Source: Pseudomonadota bacterium (GTDB taxonomy: Bacteria; Pseudomonadota; Alphaproteobacteria; UBA11222). Taken from it: 54,954 bases of DNA. The position numbers and the translations under genes are program-made. The stretch spans positions 1 through 54,954 of the forward strand of contig DAIOWE010000004.1 in assembly GCA_036758605.1 (NCBI GenBank). Direction: 5' to 3'. Below the pieces are notes generated by a model that ran no database searches, had not been told where the DNA came from, and saw nothing but the letters and a program-made list of their open reading frames with translations. Positions 1 to 7,387 of the stretch are shown piece by piece (position 1 is the stretch's first letter; each line of letters opens with the position of its first letter).

Positions 1-311
1 GCAAAATAGGCCGCATCGCCCTTATTCGCACCATCGGGTTTGCGCACTTCTGCACTGCCGCCATGGCAATCCACGCATCCCAGGATTACGCCCGGACTTG
101 TGTGCATGCTGGCTGCATCACTTGATGTGTGACAGCTTTGACAGCCTGCGCTTTTCGCTGCCGCCTCCTCCTGACTTTGCGATGCGGGTGCAGGCGGCGT
201 TGCGTTATAGGTAATCTCGCGAGGCTTTTCTTCGCCAGATGCATAGACGGCGCCGGCGCCCGGCAAAGTCAGGCCAACCACAAGCATCAGTAATCGGAAA
301 AAAACACGCAT
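1..311 (-). CDS. multihaem c-type cytochrome, N-terminal part only (gene runs off the left edge)
   Basis: It is absent from the ORF track because there is no stop inside the window. The reverse-strand ATG at 311-309 gives MRVFFRLLMLVVGLTLPGAGAVYA/SGEEK, a signal peptide. Two CxxCH haem-c motifs (CQSCH, CVDCH) follow within about 100 aa. The ATG shares one base with the TGA of the upstream gene (TGATG). Confidence 0.8.
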   Translation of the reverse strand, partial: MRVFFRLLMLVVGLTLPGAGAVYASGEEKPREITYNATPPAPASQSQEEAAAKSAGCQSCHTSSDAASMHTSPGVILGCVDCHGGSAEVRKPDGANKGDAAYF

Positions 312-2260
312 CAATAAGCCAATGTAATATTTGCGAGCAGCGTATAGAAATGCTCATTATCTGTATGATACAAATCCTTGAACCCCTTGCCCGGCAGCAG
401 CGCTGCATAAGATAGCCGCATCACCACATTCTGGCTCATCATTGGCCGGTAAATTGCCGATGCCGACATGTCCCAGCCGATACCGTTGCGAATTTCACCT
501 TCGTTGCGCATCACCTCCAGCACATCCGTTTCATTGAAATTCAGATGGTTGATATTGGTGGACAGACGCAGTTGCGGCAGCACATCGAAATCGGCGCCAC
601 CGCCCAGCAGCCGCAGCCCCGGATTAACGAAATTTGATTGGCCATGTTCCCTTGACGAACGCAAATCCGGCAGCACCCCATTGCGCTGTGAAAGCGCCAC
701 GCCGCCACCGCCTATAAGCGGAATATTCTGACGAATCCAGAAACTGGTGTCGGCGCCTGCGAATTGCGGGTTCTCAAAGATGGACGAAAAGCCTTTGGAT
801 TTTTCATCGAACGGGTCTTTGTCGCCGCTGGCATACAGGAACGAACCGCGCAGGCGGGTCCAGCTATAATCAACCGAGGGTTCCGCCGCCAGAAAATAAG
901 CGCGGATGTCACTTTTCTCATCCGTGAACAGTGAACCATCTTCTTCGCCATAGGCATAATAGCCCGACACGGTAAGGTTCAAAAGGCCAAAATGGCCATC
1001 GCCATTATAGCCAAAATAGCCCACCTTGTAATCACGCGGACGCTCCAGCCCGGCAGAGGCGGGGCGCTGCAAAAAGCCGTTCTTGTCGTAGAAAAATTTC
1101 TTTTCCGTATTCCGGTTATAGATCGCGGTTATCTGGCTGGTGAAACCCAGCACCGGAAAATCCTGCCAGAAAAGGTTGCCGACAAACACATCATCGTCGC
1201 GGACTTTCTTTCCCAGATCATTCAGGCCGCTATTCGTGTCCTTTTCAAGCCGCCGGAACCATGCCAGATTGTACTGGAATATATTATTGTTGCGTGTGCC
1301 GAACAGGCGCACGCCAGGCTGGTTATCCAGAAACATAAAGCCACGGAAATCTGCGTTGAAGGGCTGAATGCCGACACGGATCGAGTCAAAATCATAGCGC
1401 TCCGACACATTGCGGATATGGTAATCCAGAAATAATTCCTGCATTCCAACATGATTATCCGAACGCGACTTACCCTGTTCCGGATTGCGCCGCAGCAGCC
1501 CCAGTTCTTTGACCTTGGCATAATTATAGTTAAATACCGGGGTAATGCGCAGTTCAAGGTCTGGCGGCTTGAACGCCGTATTGCCTTTGATCAGCGTCAG
1601 ATTGGTAATCAGATTCTGGTTGAAGACATATTGATCGGGCTTACCAAACAGATCATTCGTTCCCGGTCGCGATGTCGTCGCAAAGCCAACAGGAACCGGA
1701 AATGCGCGCGGTTCGTAAACGGTATCAGAAATGACGTTGAGAAGAACAAAGCCGTCCTTTCCAAATATAGGCTTGTCGCCTTTCAGGACATTGTTGTTGT
1801 AAGGGTCATACCATTTCCCCTTGATGCCGAGCCCTTCCAGAATGCGCCAGCGATCAGGCACCGGAACGATGTCGCCACGGGTTTGCAATTCTTCATAAGA
1901 ACGCGCACGCCCTGTGGCGATGGGCGCGCCCTGGCGTTCGCGTGGATCACCGCGCACCGTGTCATCAACCGGTTCTTCGCCGGGACGCGGACGGCGCAGC
2001 ACCTGTGCGACCTGCTGATATTCCGTATTCGGAGTATTGGCGGCAACAGCAACAGATTGCGGCCCGGCGTTCAGATGGGAAGAGGCGCTTGGAGAACCTG
2101 AAAATGCAGCAGGCGATGGTGTTCCCAGTGGCGGCCCAGCGGGAACCAGAGGCGGAATGACGACAGGTATCGCGTCGGGAATTGGCGGCGCAGCTTTACC
2201 CTGCGCCCAACAGGGGGCAACAGATAAAATCAGCAAGAGTGCAGCTATTCCCCCGCGCAT
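311..2260 (-). CDS. secreted protein, putative outer-membrane beta-barrel (family not recognised)
   Basis: The track ORF is 311..2326. I prefer the ATG at 2260 (MRGGIAALLLILSVAPCWA/QG, a clear signal peptide, 1 nt after the upstream stop). A Pro-rich linker is followed by about 550 aa of alternating hydrophobic/polar stretches with Gly/Asn/Asp turns. The protein ends ...LLANITLAY, with a terminal aromatic residue and hydrophobics at -3 and -5, like an OMP beta-signal. Confidence 0.7.
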   Translation of the reverse strand: MRGGIAALLLILSVAPCWAQGKAAPPIPDAIPVVIPPLVPAGPPLGTPSPAAFSGSPSASSHLNAGPQSVAVAANTPNTEYQQVAQVLRRPRPGEEPVDDTVRGDPRERQGAPIATGRARSYEELQTRGDIVPVPDRWRILEGLGIKGKWYDPYNNNVLKGDKPIFGKDGFVLLNVISDTVYEPRAFPVPVGFATTSRPGTNDLFGKPDQYVFNQNLITNLTLIKGNTAFKPPDLELRITPVFNYNYAKVKELGLLRRNPEQGKSRSDNHVGMQELFLDYHIRNVSERYDFDSIRVGIQPFNADFRGFMFLDNQPGVRLFGTRNNNIFQYNLAWFRRLEKDTNSGLNDLGKKVRDDDVFVGNLFWQDFPVLGFTSQITAIYNRNTEKKFFYDKNGFLQRPASAGLERPRDYKVGYFGYNGDGHFGLLNLTVSGYYAYGEEDGSLFTDEKSDIRAYFLAAEPSVDYSWTRLRGSFLYASGDKDPFDEKSKGFSSIFENPQFAGADTSFWIRQNIPLIGGGGVALSQRNGVLPDLRSSREHGQSNFVNPGLRLLGGGADFDVLPQLRLSTNINHLNFNETDVLEVMRNEGEIRNGIGWDMSASAIYRPMMSQNVVMRLSYAALLPGKGFKDLYHTDNEHFYTLLANITLAY

Positions 2261-2261
2261 A

Positions 2262-4286
2262 TTATTTCCCCTCACAGGCGCGCTGTTCACGTGAGTTGAT
2301 AAACGGCGAATACGGACAAGAGACATACCGCAATCGCACCCCAGCGGGCGTCAATTGGTCCGAACGGATCGCAGCGGGCGCATGCGACACACCCGTGCCA
2401 AGACCAATGCTGGCATTGTGCAGCCCCAAAAAGGCCACCATATCATCCTGATCAATGCCATCACCGGAAACCCCAATGGCGCCGACCAGCACCCCGTTTT
2501 TATAGATCGGCGAACTGCCCGCGAAAATCTGCAATCCATTGGCCAGTGGATTCAACCCCGAGCTGTTCGATACGACCGGCGTACATCCAAGGCCGGTGTC
2601 ATTGACGGCGCCATTCCCATCCGGATCAAAATCCCCCCGCCCATCACCGGTCACGTCAAGATTGAGATTCCGCACAAACAAAACGTGGTTGATAATATTG
2701 CCGACAATCAGATCAAATTGCAGACCGGTTGAAAACGGGCTCCAGTTTGCTACAGGTCGGCTTAGCGGACCGTTGCCATTGGTGTTGACCCCATCGGGAT
2801 AAAAAGGCCGCGCCAGATTGCTAATGGCGCGATCCGTATAGGCAATACCGTCAGACAAAGAACCCGGCCCCACAAAAGCCCGCATATTGGCGGCATAATT
2901 AGGCACGGTATACGCATGCCCTGGGATCAAGCCGTTTATCGCATTCGTCACCACCCGGATGGAGGGAAAGACAGCAGGATTTTCCAGATTTGCCGCCGCG
3001 TTCTGTCTGGACATGAAGGCCGCGCTGCGCGCTTTTTGTAGTGACACGTCAATGCCGAAGATCGGCGCATCCGGTGTTCGCGCCTGGCCCAGAACCTGTC
3101 CTTCCGCATCCACAATGGACACCGTAACCTGCGCAAAGCTTTGCAGAGGACGACGAATTTGCGCCCGCGCGCTGGCGGCAACACGCAGTGCATGCCCAAG
3201 GATGGCCGGAACCTCTGTTGCGGTCAGATTCTGACCCGCATTTGCAGCCCCCGGGACAATTGGAATGAACGGCATATCCGCCCCGCTGGTAAGCAAGAAT
3301 GGCACGAATCCCGCAATCGCCGCAACATTTGCATAACCCGGACCATCACTTGCCGCATTTACCGGACGAATACCCGATCCCGACGTCCCATAGGCCTGTC
3401 CTGCAAAGATACCCACATCCGTATAACCGGTAACCGCAATAAAACCGGTCGGCGCAACCAGGGGCGCCAGCGCCGGGTTGGAAGCAAGTGAACGCACACT
3501 CGCATCCGTATAACGCAGCGTCTTGCCTTCTACAGTTATTCTGCTGGCCAGAATATCCGCAGGTGGCGCGAAACCCGATGAACCCGCAATGGCGATGATT
3601 TCATCCAGATCCGCATCAATATTGCTAACGTCAGCGTCCAGACCATAGACGCCATCCGCCGCTACGCCTATGCCACCGACAACAGCGCCGCCAATATACA
3701 GGGGCAAGCCCCCCGGATCAGCGGACAGGCCAAGAGGTGAACGCTTGGGCCCACGAAATTGATCCGGCGGCACTGGGCTGGCGCCATTAAAGAAACGGCG
3801 ATTGAGATCCGAACAGGGAAGCTGGCTGAACTGCACCCCGAACAGTGGCCCGCCAGGAGCAAGGACTTCACCGGGATTGAAATTTTGCTGCACGATCTGG
3901 CTTGCGGTGCGTGTACTGAATGCATTGCCCGATGAAGACAGATATGCCCCGGTAACGGCCTTTGATATTGCCGCCAGCGTCGAAGGCACTAGCCCCGCAA
4001 GGCCATCAATGCCAGTACGTATCGTGCGCCCGGATGTCACCGCAACAGTGGAAGGGGCACCGGGCATCTGATAAACCGCCAACACATTGCCAACCCGGTC
4101 GGTCACAGCAATGGTGGCAGGACGGCCACGCACAGACGCTTCCTGCGCCGCCTGGGAAACGACACGATAAATATCAGGTCCGGACAAACTCTGCGCACCG
4201 GCCGAACGGCTGCCAGCCAGAATTGAGCCGATCGCAATCAGACCCGTTATGAAAGCCTTTGCCGTCATTCGCTGATTCTTTTTCAT
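2262..4286 (-). CDS. secreted protein with two GlcG/HbpS-like (DUF336, putative haem-binding) domains
   Basis: The track ORF is 2262..4322. The ATG at 4286 gives the signal peptide MKKNQRMTAKAFITGLIAIGSILAGSRSAGA/QS. Two regions carry GlcG-type signatures. The first is ATIAVTDRVGNVLAVYQM ... GGLPLYIGGAVVGGIGVAADG. The second is VTVSIVDAEGQVLGQART ... SLQKARSAAF ... GSSPIYKNGVLVGAIGVSGDGIDQDDMVA. Confidence 0.7.
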   Translation of the reverse strand: MKKNQRMTAKAFITGLIAIGSILAGSRSAGAQSLSGPDIYRVVSQAAQEASVRGRPATIAVTDRVGNVLAVYQMPGAPSTVAVTSGRTIRTGIDGLAGLVPSTLAAISKAVTGAYLSSSGNAFSTRTASQIVQQNFNPGEVLAPGGPLFGVQFSQLPCSDLNRRFFNGASPVPPDQFRGPKRSPLGLSADPGGLPLYIGGAVVGGIGVAADGVYGLDADVSNIDADLDEIIAIAGSSGFAPPADILASRITVEGKTLRYTDASVRSLASNPALAPLVAPTGFIAVTGYTDVGIFAGQAYGTSGSGIRPVNAASDGPGYANVAAIAGFVPFLLTSGADMPFIPIVPGAANAGQNLTATEVPAILGHALRVAASARAQIRRPLQSFAQVTVSIVDAEGQVLGQARTPDAPIFGIDVSLQKARSAAFMSRQNAAANLENPAVFPSIRVVTNAINGLIPGHAYTVPNYAANMRAFVGPGSLSDGIAYTDRAISNLARPFYPDGVNTNGNGPLSRPVANWSPFSTGLQFDLIVGNIINHVLFVRNLNLDVTGDGRGDFDPDGNGAVNDTGLGCTPVVSNSSGLNPLANGLQIFAGSSPIYKNGVLVGAIGVSGDGIDQDDMVAFLGLHNASIGLGTGVSHAPAAIRSDQLTPAGVRLRYVSCPYSPFINSREQRACEGK

Positions 4287-4290
4287 GGTG

Positions 4291-4734
4291 TCAATTTGTC
4301 CGCATGACATCAAAATAACCAAATTTCAGCTCCCCATTGGCCCGGTAATAGACCGTAACCCTGATGGGAAAGTTGAGCGATGACAGATCCTGATTTAATA
4401 TTTTGAAGTTAATCCGGCCTTCAGACTGCGGAAAACCGTTGTCAATAAGATGGGCGGGATCAATATCCCAGAGCCGGTACAAGCCCTGCCGGTCGCGCAT
4501 CAGGGGCGGACTTCCTGAAAGCTGCACAACGACATGCGTGGATTCCGCACTGTCACCGCCCAGGGCAACCTGCCTTTCCACGACCCCGTTAAGCAACCCG
4601 GACAGGACAACTGGCGCCAGTTGAACGCCTGTTGTGGTCAATTCCTGTGCTGAAACCCCAGATGCGGCACAGACAAACAGCACCGCACCGCAAAATCCGG
4701 TTCTGATTTTTCGGAATGTTTCCTGTGGCAACAT
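4291..4734 (-). CDS. small secreted protein of unknown function
   Basis: The ORF is 147 aa with an N-terminal signal peptide (...GAVLFVCAASGVSA/QE). It lies 3 nt after the upstream stop and 4 nt before the next start. I recognise no domain. Confidence 0.65.
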   Translation of the reverse strand: MLPQETFRKIRTGFCGAVLFVCAASGVSAQELTTTGVQLAPVVLSGLLNGVVERQVALGGDSAESTHVVVQLSGSPPLMRDRQGLYRLWDIDPAHLIDNGFPQSEGRINFKILNQDLSSLNFPIRVTVYYRANGELKFGYFDVMRTN

Positions 4735-4737
4735 TAC

Positions 4738-6504
4738 CTAGTTCTTTCCCGGTAACGGCATATCGCCCTGCAACACCGCCGCCTCATCTGCCTGCCGGTT
4801 CCCATGCGCCTTTACTTCCCCCATCCTGGGTGTGCCGGGCAGGTGGAAATCATGGCATGTAATACAGGTCGACGGAACCTTGTTGCTGGCGCTTTCCCCG
4901 CCATGACAATTCTGGCAAACAGCAATCTTTGGCAGTAGAACATCAGTTGCCTTTTTGGAGTTTTCCGCAGCATGGCATGAATCGCACTTCAACATATCAG
5001 AATGCGCAGAATGATCAAAGCGGCCACGCGGCAACCAATTTTTGTTCACAATCGCCGGAACGACAGCCCAGTTCAGAGGGCCATTTCCAGGGCCGGATGA
5101 AACTTCGTGGCATTTGCCGCACATGGTCTTGCCAAAAGACTGATCCGCCACCCGCTGCGCCTGCTGGTCCGCCCATGCCCGGGGATCGGTCTGCCGCTGC
5201 GAGGGAATAGCCGTGTTTTCTCCGGGACGCCGCCTGTCTGTCTCCTGCGCCGGATCTTGTGCGTCGTTCATGCCCCCGCGCAGTCCATAATCACTATAGA
5301 ATTCACGAATCAGCATTTGCGCATTGTCCGCTTGGCCATGCGGCAATGTCCGGTCGGGGCGTCTGGGGTCAAACACCAGCTGATGGCAACGTTCGCACGT
5401 TCCCTCCATTCCGATAGGATCAAAACTTGCCGCCCCTTTGGGAAGCTGATGACAGCCATTACAGTCCAGCGTCTCCTTACCCTTCGGACCCCGGATACCT
5501 TCTTTTTTCAGGTGCAGTTCATGCGGAAATTTCAGCCCGGAATTCTCAACCAGCGCCGCAGGGTCATCCCGTGTAACACGCCTGAATGTACGAGTGGCCG
5601 CATCTGAAACAATATTGGGCCGGAATTCCGGATGCTTCTGATCAAATTTGCCTACATTTTTGATGTTCGCGCCGGGAAGGTTTTTTTCAATTTCGCTGTG
5701 ACAGTCCGTACAAAAACTTTCCTTATTGATGGTAATGGCCTGATCCCCATTATGTTCCCTGTGACAGCCATTGCAGGTGTTTGCGGTCAGGTCTTTGAAC
5801 TGCGGAATACTGGCAATTTCTGCTTTGACGACATCAAAATGATTCGTGATCGGGGCATGACAGGAAAGGCAGGCTCCGTCCAAAACCTGAACGAATGGCT
5901 TCTGGTGGCACAGATTGCACTGATCAGATATGAACCGGTGCGGCGTCGAAATTGGGCCACTATCCCAAACCGAATCAAAACGCGCGCCAACCGTTTTTTC
6001 CGCTGTCGTCTCGGTATGCTGCGAATAAAATAAAACCGGCATTACCAGAAACATTGCCAAAACGATGAGAATGCCAAACCAGGACCAGAGTCTGCGGCTT
6101 AAACCATGATCCACCAGACGAACCGTGCTGCGTTTGGCAAGCTGGGCATAATCATCCCCCAGCGGCCGCACCAACTCCACTTCAATGGCAAGATCCTTGC
6201 CTTCGGGCGGTTCGGCAAGTGTTACGTCAAACGGGCCGATGCCAATCACATCACCAATAACGACAGGCCTGCTTCGGGTGGGTTGCCCATTAACGCGCAC
6301 ATCGGAAAGCTTTTCAACTTCGACAAACAGGCCACCTGGACGCTGATGTATGACCGCATGTTCAAAACGTATGCGTGGATCGGCAAGATAGACTTCCGCA
6401 TTGGTGCTCCGCCCGAAGTGAACGGTTTCAGCAGAGCGCTCCTCGCTTCTGCGTGAAACGCCTCCCTTTTGGCGCCGTGTAAGATATGTGACGAGAATTT
6501 CCAT
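4738..6504 (-). CDS. FHA-like domain / single TM / decahaem c-type cytochrome
   Basis: The N-terminal ~110 aa fits the FHA pattern (VHFGRSTNAEVYLADPRIRFEHAVI...VRVNGQP...GDVIGIGPF), although the usual Ser before the His is replaced. One TM helix follows (LWSWFGILIVLAMFLVMPVLFY). The rest contains ten CxxCH motifs: CNLCH, CLSCH, CNGCH, CTDCH, CNGCH, CERCH, CGKCH, CDSCH, CQNCH, CITCH. Confidence 0.85.
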   Translation of the reverse strand: MEILVTYLTRRQKGGVSRRSEERSAETVHFGRSTNAEVYLADPRIRFEHAVIHQRPGGLFVEVEKLSDVRVNGQPTRSRPVVIGDVIGIGPFDVTLAEPPEGKDLAIEVELVRPLGDDYAQLAKRSTVRLVDHGLSRRLWSWFGILIVLAMFLVMPVLFYSQHTETTAEKTVGARFDSVWDSGPISTPHRFISDQCNLCHQKPFVQVLDGACLSCHAPITNHFDVVKAEIASIPQFKDLTANTCNGCHREHNGDQAITINKESFCTDCHSEIEKNLPGANIKNVGKFDQKHPEFRPNIVSDAATRTFRRVTRDDPAALVENSGLKFPHELHLKKEGIRGPKGKETLDCNGCHQLPKGAASFDPIGMEGTCERCHQLVFDPRRPDRTLPHGQADNAQMLIREFYSDYGLRGGMNDAQDPAQETDRRRPGENTAIPSQRQTDPRAWADQQAQRVADQSFGKTMCGKCHEVSSGPGNGPLNWAVVPAIVNKNWLPRGRFDHSAHSDMLKCDSCHAAENSKKATDVLLPKIAVCQNCHGGESASNKVPSTCITCHDFHLPGTPRMGEVKAHGNRQADEAAVLQGDMPLPGKN

Positions 6505-6510
6505 ATGCCG

Positions 6511-7344
6511 CTACCAGTAAAAGTACACAGCGACAATATGCGCGATCAGGGCGCCAAGCAGTGCAAACGACAGCGGCACATGCACATAAAGCCAGATATC
6601 CAGAAGCGACTTGTACCGCACATCGCGCCTGGCGCGGGCCAGCAGTTCTTCCTTACGCGCCAATAAGCCCAAAAGCGCGCGAAATCCTTCCGCCTGTCCC
6701 GGCGGCGCATTGTCCGCCAGATGGCGTACCGCACGATTTGCATCCCTGGTGGCGCAATCAGGATCGTCGCCGGAAAGTTGACGGATCACACCCCCGCCAA
6801 TGCGGGTGTTTTGCGCCGCGCTCAGAACAATCTGATTAATTTCATCCCCAAGCGTCAGCGCAGCCTCGCGGCATTCTGCATCCAGATCAGAAATTTCGTG
6901 CATCATTTGCACCAGCGTCATGCCGCGCCGGTTATTGGTCATCAATTCCGGCACACGCATATACACAAACAACCCAAATACGCCGCTCAGGATAACAAGC
7001 AGCATAAGAACATAAGCCAGCGTATGGACATTCCAGCCGAACTGAAACCCCGTGTGCAGGGTGCCGATAATAATCAGCGCCAGGCCGAGATAAATATGCG
7101 CACTCAACCAGTCCTCAACCGGCGCCCCGCCCGCACCGTAACGGCGCTTGCGAATGCCAAACCACATCAGCCACAGGATCAGAAAAGCCCCAAAACCGCC
7201 CAGGGCGTAACCAAGCCATGTGCCGCCATTGGGGACGCCATAATCAGGTTCATGAATCCAATAGAGCAGCAGCGCAAGAGCAACGATCGCTGCCGCCCAC
7301 TTTAGATATCTAAAACCCCTGAATACCAGGATGGACTGATGCAT
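6511..7344 (-). CDS. integral membrane protein, putative di-haem b-type cytochrome
   Basis: The 277-aa product has five hydrophobic helices. Helix 3 (SAHIYLGLALIIIGTLHTG) and helix 5 (YVHVPLSFALLGALIAHIV) each carry an exact H-x13-H pair. An approximately 120-aa soluble loop separates helices 4 and 5. The start lies 43 nt after the upstream stop, and the stop lies 6 nt before the next start. Confidence 0.7.
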   Translation of the reverse strand: MHQSILVFRGFRYLKWAAAIVALALLLYWIHEPDYGVPNGGTWLGYALGGFGAFLILWLMWFGIRKRRYGAGGAPVEDWLSAHIYLGLALIIIGTLHTGFQFGWNVHTLAYVLMLLVILSGVFGLFVYMRVPELMTNNRRGMTLVQMMHEISDLDAECREAALTLGDEINQIVLSAAQNTRIGGGVIRQLSGDDPDCATRDANRAVRHLADNAPPGQAEGFRALLGLLARKEELLARARRDVRYKSLLDIWLYVHVPLSFALLGALIAHIVAVYFYW

Positions 7345-7387
7345 TTACTTCCCCGCAACCCCTCAAGGCATATCCGCAATCTGGTGT

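Noticed and set aside
205-408. 67-aa track ORF overlapping the junction of the beta-barrel gene and the cytochrome gene
   Set aside because: It is out of frame with two much better supported genes. One has a signal peptide plus CxxCH motifs, and the other has an OMP-like C-terminus. The ORF is Cys/Arg-rich with no features, so it is a shadow ORF.
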